From contig CAZNUP010000002.1 of assembly GCA_964576435.1 (NCBI GenBank), positions 183,182 to 247,181 on the forward strand: DNA of 64,000 nucleotides. The letters are read 5' to 3'. This document shows, piece after piece, positions 19,541 to 29,095 of the stretch. This DNA is from an uncultured Gammaproteobacteria bacterium. Its GTDB lineage: Bacteria; Patescibacteriota; Microgenomatia; JAMCZE01. Numbering within the stretch: the first letter of the stretch is position 1; the number at the start of each line of letters is the position of its first letter. The position numbers and the translations under genes are program-made. A model generated the notes under the pieces. That model worked only from the letters and a program-made list of their open reading frames with translations. It did no database searches and had not been told where the DNA came from.

Positions 19541-20227
19541 ATGGATGAAATTAGAAAAGAAGAGGGAAAGATTGATTCTGATATCCAAGTTTTGATAAGC
19601 AAGGATAGGGTGATGGGTTTTTCTGACGCGGTTTTTGCTTTTGCTGCAACACTTCTTGTTCTTAAAATTGATTTACCTGTAGTTACTGCTGTACAACTTT
19701 CTAGTACCACGACATTTGTAGATTTATTTAGAGATTTGTGGCCGCAGTATTTAGCGAATATTCTTAGTTTTATCATTATTGGGTACTACTGGGTCAATCA
19801 TCATGCAATCTTTGGAATGGTCAAGAAGTTTGACATGACAATTGTGTGGATTAATCTTTTTTTCTTAATTTGTTTGTCGTTTCTTCCGTTTCCAGTTGAT
19901 TTATATGGGAGCTATTACACAGTCCCACTGGTTGTTGTCTTTTATTCAGCAAGCCTAGCGGCAGTTGGATATTTTCTTTTCTTTGTATGGTGGTATGCGT
20001 CACATAATAGAAATCTCATTAGTAAAACTATTAGTGATAAGCAGATTCGGTATTACAGTATTAGAAATTTGATTGCGCCGATTGTTTTTACACTTGCGAT
20101 ACCACTTGTCTATATTCATCCAATGCTTGCTGAAGTTTGTTGGGTGTTTATCCTTCTTGGAATTTACATTGTTAATAAGATATTCCATGAGAAGGAAATT
20201 TCGGACATTGAAAAATCGTCAATTTAA
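19541..20227 (+). CDS. DUF1211/TMEM175-family putative K+ channel
   Basis: RVMGFSDAVFAFAATLLVLKI matches the TMEM175 RxxxFSDGVFAIAxTLLVL signature. A second half carries YWVNHH. Confidence 0.7.
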   Translation: MDEIRKEEGKIDSDIQVLISKDRVMGFSDAVFAFAATLLVLKIDLPVVTAVQLSSTTTFVDLFRDLWPQYLANILSFIIIGYYWVNHHAIFGMVKKFDMTIVWINLFFLICLSFLPFPVDLYGSYYTVPLVVVFYSASLAAVGYFLFFVWWYASHNRNLISKTISDKQIRYYSIRNLIAPIVFTLAIPLVYIHPMLAEVCWVFILLGIYIVNKIFHEKEISDIEKSSI

Positions 20228-20243
20228 AGGTTATATTTAAATC

Positions 20244-20699
20244 ATGAATAGAAATTTAATTGTTGGACTAGTTGTAGCGGTTGTCGCTGTTGGTATTTTT
20301 GGGCTTTTATTTATAAATAGGCAACCAAGTGAGTCCAATAACCAACAACAGCAAACAAATCAGAATCAAAATCAAAGCCAAAATAGTACTGGTCTTGCCA
20401 ACCCAGCCTCAGTCAATTGTGCAAAAGTTGGAGGACAGACTGAAATTGTTAATGGACCAAACGGTCAATATGGGCTTTGTAACTTTGAAGATAATATGTC
20501 TTGTGAGGAGTGGGCACTTTTTAGAGGAGATTGTCCAGTTGGAGGAGTAAAAACAACTGGATTTGATACTAAGGCACAAATGTATTGTGCATGGGTTGGT
20601 GGTCAAACACTTGCTGTTCCTGACGCGCAATGTACACTTCCAAATGGTAAAGTGTGCCCAGACGAGGCACTTTATAACGGCGAATGTTCTCCAAATTAA
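20244..20699 (+). CDS. DUF333 (putative hemolysin-like) secreted protein, two repeats
   Basis: TM or signal segment, then two NPASVNCAKVGGQ...CNFEDNMSCEEWALFRGDC-type modules (the DUF333 pattern). Confidence 0.6.
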   Translation: MNRNLIVGLVVAVVAVGIFGLLFINRQPSESNNQQQQTNQNQNQSQNSTGLANPASVNCAKVGGQTEIVNGPNGQYGLCNFEDNMSCEEWALFRGDCPVGGVKTTGFDTKAQMYCAWVGGQTLAVPDAQCTLPNGKVCPDEALYNGECSPN

Positions 20700-21337
20700 A
20701 AATTACCAAGTCAAATAGAAAGATCTTAATTATTGGTGGTGTAATTTTAGCTGTATTGGCAGTTTTAGTTATTGTTCCTTTTATAGTTGCCAAATCTCAA
20801 AAGCCCGCAGTTTTGCCACAACCAACACCTGTTGTTCCTGTTATTAAAAACGTTTCACTTAGGAGTTTTTTGGGATCGACTGAAACTGAAAAATGTACAT
20901 CTAAAGAGGCTGTAATTTATACAGATGGGGGAAAGGTAAAGGGAAATTTTAGGCCCAAGGTTTCTGGAAGTGTTGTTCCAAGTAGTTTGATTTTTGATGG
21001 AGATAATATTTATATCTGGGTGTCGGGACAGAAAACAGGATTTCAAATATCTGGACTTGCCGTTGAAGGGGGAGCATTACTTCTTACACAAACGAAAATA
21101 GTTGATGTAAACAAGAAACAAGAATTTTCTTGTGTGCCTTGGGAGGCTAACAAAAATGAATTTGTTTTACCACAAGGAGTTAAATTTACTGACTTTTCTC
21201 AGATAATAAATAGTGTTCCGGGGACTGTTTCCAAAGTTAGTGATGCTTTAAATAATCCTAAGGTTGTTAAGTGTGCTGCTTGTGACCAACTTCCTGGTGT
21301 GTTATCTAAAGAGTGTCGAAGTAAACTAGCTTGCTAA
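20684..21337 (+). CDS. hypothetical exported protein
   Basis: N-terminal TM helix, conserved Cys pairs, no known motif. Confidence 0.4.
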   Translation: MFSKLKITKSNRKILIIGGVILAVLAVLVIVPFIVAKSQKPAVLPQPTPVVPVIKNVSLRSFLGSTETEKCTSKEAVIYTDGGKVKGNFRPKVSGSVVPSSLIFDGDNIYIWVSGQKTGFQISGLAVEGGALLLTQTKIVDVNKKQEFSCVPWEANKNEFVLPQGVKFTDFSQIINSVPGTVSKVSDALNNPKVVKCAACDQLPGVLSKECRSKLAC

Positions 21338-21343
21338 AAAATT

Positions 21344-22030
21344 ATGGCAAAAAGAAAACAGGAAACTAAATACGTTGCTCCCAAATGGGAGACTAGACTG
21401 TCTTTGGTTTTGGAAATATTAATTTTGGTTTCGGGACTCTTCCAGACATTTTTTGGTGAGACAACAATTGGGATTTTAACCTTAGTTTGTTGGGGAGCGA
21501 TTGTATTCCCAAAGTTTTTTACAAGAGGATTTATCCCAAAAATTCCAATTGAGATTGAAATCATTTTGTTTGTAATGGTTTTTGTCCAGTTTGTTTTAGG
21601 AGAAGCAAGAGATTTTTATACGACAATTCCTTACTACGATAAATTTGTACATTATCTTTTGCCAATGTTTATTGGTCTTCTGGCCTTTTTGTTTTTATAC
21701 ACTCTTCAAGAGACGGGAAATTTAAAAGTTTCCAAATGGGCAATGGTAGTTCTTGTTGTGATGATTGCACTCGCTATTGGAGCGTTTTGGGAGATTTGTG
21801 AATATCTATCTGATCGAATTTTTTATGCCATGTTTGACTCTTGGCATCATTTTCAAGGGAATGCTCAGCAAAGTGCAATTGATGACACAATGACTGATTT
21901 AATAATTGATACCTTGGGTGGAGTATTTGGCGCACTTCTTGCCCTTTGGTTTGTTGGGAAGGAAAAGGGGACCAGTCGGCTGGAGGAGATAACTTCTGAT
22001 TTCTCACTTCTTTTTGCTAAAAAGAAATAA
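21344..22030 (+). CDS. hypothetical integral membrane protein
   Basis: Five or six predicted TM helices. Confidence 0.4.
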   Translation: MAKRKQETKYVAPKWETRLSLVLEILILVSGLFQTFFGETTIGILTLVCWGAIVFPKFFTRGFIPKIPIEIEIILFVMVFVQFVLGEARDFYTTIPYYDKFVHYLLPMFIGLLAFLFLYTLQETGNLKVSKWAMVVLVVMIALAIGAFWEICEYLSDRIFYAMFDSWHHFQGNAQQSAIDDTMTDLIIDTLGGVFGALLALWFVGKEKGTSRLEEITSDFSLLFAKKK

Positions 22031-22047
22031 TATCCTATAATAAAGGA

Positions 22048-22506
22048 ATGGAAAAGAAAATTATTGTTCATCCAGGTTGTGTTCGCATGGCTCAATATGA
22101 TGAGAGACTTCCTTCACAAATGAGGGTAAATGCTGTATTTGTTTATCAAATGATAAATGACCTCATTGAAAATGGAAGAAACAATTCTTCCGTAGTTTTG
22201 ATTGACACAGACAAGTTGCCGGTAAAACTCAAAGGAGGAGGGAGATTGGAGATACCGAATTTCACGGGTCACATCTGTGTTATAGGAGATTATAGTCATG
22301 TTAATGTGACCTATGATCTTGTCCAAAAGTCGGATGTTGTGGAAATATTTGGAGGGTATTTAGGAAACTGTGTGAGCGAAGTGCATAACATTATTACAAA
22401 GAAAATTGGGGCGAGAGCCACCATTTCCCCTGTTGGAACAATTGAAGATTATCTTTCTCCCAGTGATGTCGAAATTTTTTGGAAGACCCTGAGGGGTAAA
22501 AAATAA
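22048..22506 (+). CDS. hypothetical protein
   Basis: 152-aa ORF, no motif recognised. Confidence 0.35.
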   Translation: MEKKIIVHPGCVRMAQYDERLPSQMRVNAVFVYQMINDLIENGRNNSSVVLIDTDKLPVKLKGGGRLEIPNFTGHICVIGDYSHVNVTYDLVQKSDVVEIFGGYLGNCVSEVHNIITKKIGARATISPVGTIEDYLSPSDVEIFWKTLRGKK

Positions 22507-22509
22507 TAA

Positions 22510-23178
22510 TTATTTTATTAAGCTAATTGCTCTTGAAACAACCATCCCGATTATTACTAGGGAAATTAGTGCTTCTACCATCATTAATAATCTAGCACGG
22601 TGGGTGAATGGGAGTGTGTCAGCGGGAGCAAAACTTGTTGATGTAAAGAAAGAAAGTGAAAGATAGTCAAAGAATTTGGGTTCCCAATTATCCTCAGTTT
22701 TAAGTGATGTTTGATTTTGGGGGAAAAGAAAATCAATTTTTCCTTTATCGTTTTCTTTATCAAGGATCCAGTACCAAATAGTAAAGGTCATAATTGATGA
22801 TAACCAAATTAAACCCGCGTCAATTAAGATGGCTGACCCATTTTGATTGGTGTCTGAATTTATGATGAGTGAGAGTAAATTTAAAAATACGTGGATAGTC
22901 ATAAACGTGAGAAGCACGTAGAAGCTGTAACGAATTATTTTTCTTTTGCCGATAATTACTGAAACTATGCAGATTGCTAGGAAAAAAATGTAGACACCAA
23001 GACTTGCGTAGAGAGTGTTTAAGATTCTTTGAAAGGTTTCTGGATTATTTGAATAAACTCCAAGAAATATTGTGAAGTTCATCAAGACTAAAACCACTGC
23101 AGCAAGAAGAAGTGAGAAAGTATTTTTGTGAGGATTTTTCATTACATAAAAGTGTAGCACAATAGTGGGGGTTGACAA
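22510..23178 (-). CDS. hypothetical membrane protein (DUF1345-like)
   Basis: Multi-TM protein. The C-terminal SFFTSTSFAPADTLPFTHRARLLMMVEAL region resembles the DUF1345 pore-like segment. Confidence 0.4.
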   Translation of the reverse strand: MSTPTIVLHFYVMKNPHKNTFSLLLAAVVLVLMNFTIFLGVYSNNPETFQRILNTLYASLGVYIFFLAICIVSVIIGKRKIIRYSFYVLLTFMTIHVFLNLLSLIINSDTNQNGSAILIDAGLIWLSSIMTFTIWYWILDKENDKGKIDFLFPQNQTSLKTEDNWEPKFFDYLSLSFFTSTSFAPADTLPFTHRARLLMMVEALISLVIIGMVVSRAISLIK

Positions 23179-23207
23179 GAATTTTTTAATCTGGGCATAC
23201 TAAATAT

Positions 23208-23408
23208 ATGGCAAGTAAAACTAAGACACAAGTCAAAGCGCCAAAGAAGACAGGATTTTATTATTTCGAGTGGCATTATTTGATTCCAGCTGCACTTGGT
23301 GGAGGAATTGCCTTCATATTTTCTTGGAGTTGGCTTTTAGCGTTTCAAGTTTTTGCAGCAGTTATAGTTGGAAGCGCTATTGGTCATTGGATTGCAAAAC
23401 ATAAATAA
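23208..23408 (+). CDS. hypothetical small membrane protein
   Basis: 66 aa with two hydrophobic segments. Confidence 0.3.
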   Translation: MASKTKTQVKAPKKTGFYYFEWHYLIPAALGGGIAFIFSWSWLLAFQVFAAVIVGSAIGHWIAKHK

Positions 23409-23416
23409 TCTCCTTT

Positions 23417-24415
23417 TTGATGGCAAAATTTAGAGAAGCACAGATTTGGGAAGATGGACTTCGAACTGATCCAAATGGAAAATCTTTTGAATGGTGGTAT
23501 TTTGATACAAATTTCGATGATGGGTCAACTTTGGTTTTGACCTTTTTTACCAAGCAGGCTCAAAACACCTCTGGGCCACTTAAACCTCAAATTCAAATTG
23601 TTTATACAACTCCAAGAGGGGAAAGAATTAAATTCAACCAGGAATATCAACCGTCTGAATTTAAAGCATCTAGCGATAAGTGTGATATTAAAATGGGTCC
23701 AAATAAAGTTGAAGGGGATTTGAAAACTTATAACTTACATGTGGAAGTGGGAGAGCTTTTAGGGGACATTGAATTTAAAAGAGTTGCGCCATCTTATAGC
23801 ACAACGGAAAACAAAAATGACAAGGTTTCTACCTTTGGATGGTTTCCAGCAATTCCATACGGAACAGTTTCTGGGAGTTTAACTTATAAGGGGGTAAAGG
23901 TGGGTGTCAAAGGTAACGGATACCATGATCACAATTGGGGAACAATGGATATGAAAGGATTTTGTGATTATTGGTATTGGGGACGGGGGAATGTTAATGG
24001 ATATTACACAGTATTTTCAGTCATGTATTTGCGAAAATTTTTAGGAGGCAAGCAAGCGTCAATTTTTTATCTAGCAAATGATAAAGAAATCTTAGTTGGA
24101 GATTCTAACCACCTAATGCTTTCTAAAACAGATATTAAACCTCCAAGACCAACTGCTGACCATTTACCTAAAGAGCTCACCTTTAAATATGATAATAACG
24201 GTGAGACGGTTGAGTTTAATTTATCTAACCCAAAACTAATTGAATCAGCTGATCCAATGGGTGGGGAAACTGGGTTTAGGAAATTTTGGTCGCATCTTTT
24301 TTCAAAACCACTTTACGTTAGGTATAACGCTAATTTAAAGATGGATATTAAATTAGAAAATATTAAAGACAAAAAAGACGGAAGTGGCCTATATGAAATT
24401 ATGATTCTCCACTAG
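23417..24415 (+). CDS. hypothetical protein, AttH/CrtC lipocalin-like family (tentative)
   Basis: The N-terminal FEWWYFDTNFDDGSTLVLTFF resembles the hydroxyneurosporene synthase/AttH motif. Confidence 0.4.
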   Translation: MMAKFREAQIWEDGLRTDPNGKSFEWWYFDTNFDDGSTLVLTFFTKQAQNTSGPLKPQIQIVYTTPRGERIKFNQEYQPSEFKASSDKCDIKMGPNKVEGDLKTYNLHVEVGELLGDIEFKRVAPSYSTTENKNDKVSTFGWFPAIPYGTVSGSLTYKGVKVGVKGNGYHDHNWGTMDMKGFCDYWYWGRGNVNGYYTVFSVMYLRKFLGGKQASIFYLANDKEILVGDSNHLMLSKTDIKPPRPTADHLPKELTFKYDNNGETVEFNLSNPKLIESADPMGGETGFRKFWSHLFSKPLYVRYNANLKMDIKLENIKDKKDGSGLYEIMILH

Positions 24416-24990
24416 TGTCTTATAAGGCTTCTTAGGAAAATAATATATTCTGGATAATTGTTATAGAAAAGCCAGCCGTTTAAAACAAGAAGTGCTGGGA
24501 ACACAAATGTTTTTTCAGCCAACCCTCCTGTTCTTATACGCAAAAATGAAAATGGGGGAAATCCTAGCTTCCAAGGAATAGGAAAAAGCCAAGGAACTCC
24601 ATCTGTTGTAAATGAGTCAATAACTAGGTGAGAAAAGTAACCAATCATAAAGCTCCACCAAACTATATTCATATCAACGAGAAGAATTTGACCGACATAG
24701 TAAAGAATTATTTTTAGGATGAATCCAACAATAACTAGACCTACGAGTGAATGTGATAAGTGTCTATGTGCTCCAATAAATGGATGGAAAATGTGACCAA
24801 GAAGAGAACTTGCTGGTAACTTATCCCACAAATCTCCGGTTGGTTGATCGGCATCAGGTGCAACTCCACCAATTAAATTCATCCCAAGAGCAACAACTGC
24901 GGTTGCTAAACTCATTTGGGGAACAGTTATCGAGACGAAGACCAAATTTAGTGCTGTAAAAGCTGTGAGGTCATGAGTTCTTCCTGTCAT
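24412..24990 (-). CDS. membrane-bound metal-dependent hydrolase (YdjM/DUF457 family)
   Basis: MTGRTHDLTAFTAL start, multiple TM helices and His-rich loops. Confidence 0.6.
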   Translation of the reverse strand: MTGRTHDLTAFTALNLVFVSITVPQMSLATAVVALGMNLIGGVAPDADQPTGDLWDKLPASSLLGHIFHPFIGAHRHLSHSLVGLVIVGFILKIILYYVGQILLVDMNIVWWSFMIGYFSHLVIDSFTTDGVPWLFPIPWKLGFPPFSFLRIRTGGLAEKTFVFPALLVLNGWLFYNNYPEYIIFLRSLIRH

Positions 24991-25071
24991 ACGAAATAAT
25001 AATATACCAGGTATTTAGTTAGCTGATAGGAGACAAATGTTAAAGGATTTTTGATAAATCGTTAGTAAAAA

Positions 25072-26190
25072 TTATCGTGAAGTTGTAACTTCAGATCCAA
25101 TAGCTTCAGCAATGTTTTTAAAGCCTTTAGCTTTTAGTTTTTTTCCTAATCCGTCATTTATTTCTGAGATTAGCTGAGGCCCTTCAAATATCATTCCTGT
25201 AATGAGCTGGACAAGACTTGCGCCGTGTGTAATTTTTTCAAATGCATCGTCTGTATTAAAAACTCCACCACAGCCAATTATGATAAGTTTTTTGCCAAAA
25301 TGCTTATAAGTAAGAGTGATTAATTCGTTTGATCTTTGAAAAGTTGGTTTGCCACTTAAACCACCTTTCAGATTATTAATATGTTTGGCATCCTCCTTGT
25401 CCAGAAGTGTTCGATCTTTTTGGAGGTTGCCAATGATTACTCCTTTTGGGCTGTGTCTTGTGACTACTTCTAACATCCTTGCTGTATCATAGTTTGTTTC
25501 GGAAATCGGCATTTTTACAAATATTGGTTTGCTGATATTTAGGCTGTCAACCTCAGTTAATAGTTCGTCAAGGTTTTTTGGTGGATAGAAGCTAACAGGA
25601 CCAAAAAGATTAGGGCAGCTGATATTGAGTTCATAGTAGCTGTTGTGAGTTCCTGCCTTTTCAAATTTTATGAAGGACTGAACGATGTCTTCGATGCTTT
25701 CCTTTTGTGTGCTAATTGTTTTTGAATTAGTCCGGCCTATACTTATTCCAATCGGAATATTAAAATTTTTATTTTGAAGTTTTTTGATTGTGACATCTGT
25801 TCCAAGATTTTTAAAACCTTTATTGATAAGAAGAGATTTTGATTTTGGCACCCTTTGGAGCCTGGGTCTTGGGTTACCTTCATAAGGTAAGTTGGTGATT
25901 GTCCCTACGCTTCCAAATCCGAAACCCAAAGGAGCAAGGATTTGGGTCAATCTGGCCTCATAATCAAAACCAGCGGCAAGTCCAATTGGAGAATTAAATT
26001 CTATTTTTACGATTTCTTGCGAAAGAGCTGGATTTTTTTGGGCGTAAGTGTTTGAAAGAAGTTGTCGAAATGTCTCATTTTCCCCCAGAATTTCTCCAAA
26101 ATGGACTAAAGTAGTGTGAACAGTTTCAGGATCGATTTTAAAAAGAATTGGCTTGGCAATGTTTTGATAAATTGTTCTAAACATTTTCAT
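25072..26190 (-). CDS. pyrD: dihydroorotate dehydrogenase (quinone), class 2
   Basis: An N-terminal membrane-association helix and the class-2 motifs GFDK-like region (GFDYE), SIGRTNSK, GGLSGKP and IIGCGGV. Confidence 0.9.
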   Translation of the reverse strand: MKMFRTIYQNIAKPILFKIDPETVHTTLVHFGEILGENETFRQLLSNTYAQKNPALSQEIVKIEFNSPIGLAAGFDYEARLTQILAPLGFGFGSVGTITNLPYEGNPRPRLQRVPKSKSLLINKGFKNLGTDVTIKKLQNKNFNIPIGISIGRTNSKTISTQKESIEDIVQSFIKFEKAGTHNSYYELNISCPNLFGPVSFYPPKNLDELLTEVDSLNISKPIFVKMPISETNYDTARMLEVVTRHSPKGVIIGNLQKDRTLLDKEDAKHINNLKGGLSGKPTFQRSNELITLTYKHFGKKLIIIGCGGVFNTDDAFEKITHGASLVQLITGMIFEGPQLISEINDGLGKKLKAKGFKNIAEAIGSEVTTSR

Positions 26191-26273
26191 TGGTTTTGTC
26201 CGATTAATATTGGTTCGTCTAACTAGGCTAACCTGGACGAAGTATATTTTAGAAGTGGAATCAAGACCGTGAT

Positions 26274-26969
26274 TTACATCACAGAGATTAATCGGTTTTT
26301 GATGACGATTTTCCCCTCCATAGCTAACTTTTTCAGCTCACGACTAGTCGTTTCTCTCGTTAAACCTGTCAGAGTGGCGATGTCTTCATGAGTGAATGGG
26401 TAATTAAGTGTTAATTTGTTGTCTTTATTGGTTCCGAAGTGTTTACCTAGAAAATATAGGATGCCTAATGTGCGTTCGCTGGCGTTTCTTGAGGCTAAAA
26501 ACTCAATACGTGTTACTAAACCATCTATCCCAGATAATAACCTGCGTGATAGTTCAAAAACAAGCTCGGGATCAGTTTTTAATAAATTAATGACCTCGTC
26601 TTTAGGGGCCAAATATGTTTTCAAGGGTGTAAATGCCTGGTAATAATACCTATTCGGTAGGTCATTTACTGCCCAAAAAAGTGGAAAAAACGATTTAGGT
26701 TTAAAAAAGTGGAGAGTTAATTCTTGACCTGTCTGTGTGAAAATATATTGCCGTACAAACCCTTGTTCTATAAAGTAAACACCTGGAGGATTTGTGCCCG
26801 ATTTCAGAATGGTGTCACCCTTTTTAAATGCCACTTGTTTTTGATTTTTGAAAAATAATTCTAATTTTGATTTTTGGGTTTGATCTGGCATATGCGAATT
26901 ATATCCTAATAGTGAATTAAACTTATCCAAGGAATAGTAGTTGGGAAGATTCGGAGCGCATGTCTTCAT
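26274..26969 (-). CDS. Crp/Fnr family transcriptional regulator
   Basis: cNMP-binding beta-roll plus a C-terminal HTH (HEDIATLTGLTRETTSRELKKL). Confidence 0.8.
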   Translation of the reverse strand: MKTCAPNLPNYYSLDKFNSLLGYNSHMPDQTQKSKLELFFKNQKQVAFKKGDTILKSGTNPPGVYFIEQGFVRQYIFTQTGQELTLHFFKPKSFFPLFWAVNDLPNRYYYQAFTPLKTYLAPKDEVINLLKTDPELVFELSRRLLSGIDGLVTRIEFLASRNASERTLGILYFLGKHFGTNKDNKLTLNYPFTHEDIATLTGLTRETTSRELKKLAMEGKIVIKNRLISVM

Positions 26970-26998
26970 GGTTAGTGGACCAATTTGTATTTGGAGTC

Positions 26999-27682
26999 CT
27001 AGTGTAGGTGAAGGTATCTTAAGATGTAAACTCTTTCACTTTTTTGAGGATTACCGTCTGCGAGAAATAGATCAAAAATTCTGTCGTTTGTTAAAAGAGG
27101 AGGGCGGATTTCGAACTTGGAGAGGTGTGTGTCTAAAGACCCGGAGAGGTCAGACAAAAAAGTGCTGAAGGGGTGTTCGATGCTGTTAACTAAAGAGTTA
27201 TATAATTCTGGCGATGGAACAAATGCAAAGGCATCTATATCTGAGTTTTCTGTAGGTTGATTCCCTTGGTCTCTTGCTGCTAGTAGGCCGATTGAGCCAG
27301 CACCATAAAGTGCGATCGTATTTTTGAACTCTCTTGGCATAAATTTTTCGAAAGTTCGCGCTAGTGTATCTAGCCAAAAATTTCCGAGATCAGTCCATTG
27401 GTAATAGTTGGCTAATTCAATTCGTCTTGGTTGCATTACAGCTTGGTCACCAATAAATTTTGGATATTCTATTCGGGTGTAATCAATTGATGCCTCTAAG
27501 ATTTTTACTTTTGTGCAGCTAGGGTAATGAGCTATTTGAATTGGGGATCTTTGAAAAAAGTGAGTTTCTATATGCCCTGCTAATTGTGTATCGCCATGTG
27601 GGTAGTTTGTGTTTGCTGTGCAATCAAAGGCATTTCTGAAGTTTTCTGGGTTGTAAAGTTCGCCTGATTTAATCCATGGCAT
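26999..27682 (-). CDS. nucleotidyltransferase-domain protein (Pol-beta superfamily) with N-terminal extension
   Basis: YGAGSIGLLAARD...SDIDAF matches the GS-x(n)-DxD signature of minimal nucleotidyltransferases, but it sits at about residue 150 of 227. Confidence 0.5.
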   Translation of the reverse strand: MPWIKSGELYNPENFRNAFDCTANTNYPHGDTQLAGHIETHFFQRSPIQIAHYPSCTKVKILEASIDYTRIEYPKFIGDQAVMQPRRIELANYYQWTDLGNFWLDTLARTFEKFMPREFKNTIALYGAGSIGLLAARDQGNQPTENSDIDAFAFVPSPELYNSLVNSIEHPFSTFLSDLSGSLDTHLSKFEIRPPLLTNDRIFDLFLADGNPQKSERVYILRYLHLH

Positions 27683-27746
27683 CCAGGGAACTATAACATT
27701 TACCTATAGTATTGTAAATAGGAATAATTAGTCTTATAATGTATAT

Positions 27747-28769
27747 ATGGCGGTCACACGTAGTCATGAGATAAATAGAAGGCAGCTCTTGACATGGGCT
27801 GCTATAAGTGGGGCTGTTTTGAGTGGAGTAGCATTAGCTAGGGCTGTGAACATAGATCGAATAGAGTTTTCTTCTGAACCTATAGCGACAAACTTTGATT
27901 TACCGCGACAACTTATGCCTCAGCAACTAGAATTTCCTTTACCCTCACAATTGTTCGTTGGAAATGAAGGAATGCCTGAATACATCCAAGATACTGCCAG
28001 GATGATTGACATTAACCCTGCAAGACTTATGGAGGTTAAACCTATTTTAAATATTCCTCCTGAACTAGTTCCGAAATTTTACACTGAAGGCCCAGAAGTG
28101 CTTCCCTTAAGGACCTTAAAAGATTTGACGTTTTTAGCCGTAAATGGAGCATTTGCGTTTGGTGAAGATATTGCCGAAGCAATAGTAAATACATATAAAG
28201 CCAGTATCCCTGCCGTAAAAAAGACTCAAAATGGGGTTGATTATCTTGCTCCTAATTTCCCTCAACTTGTTGAGGGTCTTGGGCAACGAGCCGAAGAAAT
28301 CTCTCCAGACGGAAAAACATATTTTGTGCGTTATAAAGCTGATCCTGAAAGGCCTGTGGCTAATTGGCGAGCAGTTGACACTGAGATTCTAGGTGTATAT
28401 GTAGACGCCGTGGACACGCAAGTAGAAGCATTGGCTAGATTTTATGCTGAAGCCGGAGTGCCTAAACCTGATTGGATTATCCCTATAGGATCAGTACCTA
28501 CTGGGAATGTGGCAGGCAGGCCAATTTTTTCTGACTCTGATTTTGCTGCTATTTGGAAAGATAAGGATAGCTTTGTTGCTGGTGTTAAATCATTAAATGC
28601 ATTAAGTACAAATAAATCTAACAAGTTTAGGGATTTGATACGTGAAATGTATGAGCCGCATTTAAGGTCAATCGATGGATTTAAAATACCATCTGGAAAT
28701 CATAATGCCTTAGTTTATCAAGCTGATAAGATTGTCAATCTCTATAAATGGTTGACTTTAGGACAGTAG
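27747..28769 (+). CDS. hypothetical exported protein with Tat-like signal peptide
   Basis: N-terminal INRRQLLTWAAISGAVLSGVALARAV has a twin-arginine motif, a hydrophobic core and AxA. GC content looks slightly raised. Confidence 0.5.
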   Translation: MAVTRSHEINRRQLLTWAAISGAVLSGVALARAVNIDRIEFSSEPIATNFDLPRQLMPQQLEFPLPSQLFVGNEGMPEYIQDTARMIDINPARLMEVKPILNIPPELVPKFYTEGPEVLPLRTLKDLTFLAVNGAFAFGEDIAEAIVNTYKASIPAVKKTQNGVDYLAPNFPQLVEGLGQRAEEISPDGKTYFVRYKADPERPVANWRAVDTEILGVYVDAVDTQVEALARFYAEAGVPKPDWIIPIGSVPTGNVAGRPIFSDSDFAAIWKDKDSFVAGVKSLNALSTNKSNKFRDLIREMYEPHLRSIDGFKIPSGNHNALVYQADKIVNLYKWLTLGQ

Positions 28770-28831
28770 ACTTTATTAAACTCGGCGTTTATTGTTTTTC
28801 AAAACTATTTACAAATTCCTCTATTTTAAAG

Positions 28832-28961
28832 ATATAATCAGAAAATGCTTCAAGTAGGAATGCGATTTACGCTTTCCCACAAAATAAATTCCTCCAGTTT
28901 GCATTCGATTTCCAGCTTCCAGAACCGCGAAAGGAAAGCTTCATAACCGACAGATAATTAG
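28832..28961 (+). ncRNA. candidate small RNA / cis-regulatory leader element, copy A (own -10 TATAAT at 28833-28838)
   Basis: This ~130-nt block is about 85% identical to 30222..30354. Both copies begin with tataatc.ga.aatgctt and end with gata(a)attag. Confidence 0.35.
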
Positions 28962-29080
28962 TCATGTAGTCCACTTAAAGTCAGCTGGGGTAGAGATATA
29001 AGTTAACGATTAGTGACATGCAACAAGACGTGAACAGAGTAAACGCAAAAATGTTATTTGTGATTTATACAATCCTATAG

Positions 29081-29086
29081 TATAAT
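29081..29086 (+). promoter_or_regulatory. -10 box (TATAAT) within conserved atcctatagtataataat motif, 9 nt upstream of ATG 29096 (near-leaderless)
   Basis: An identical 18-nt motif occurs at 45547..45564. Confidence 0.4.
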
Positions 29087-29095
29087 AATCATTCT

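Noticed and set aside
28832-28961. Repeat A/B as a miniature inverted-repeat transposable element
   Set aside because: I found no terminal inverted repeats or target-site duplications. Both copies are in the same orientation and each begins exactly at a -10 box, which fits transcribed elements better than a MITE.
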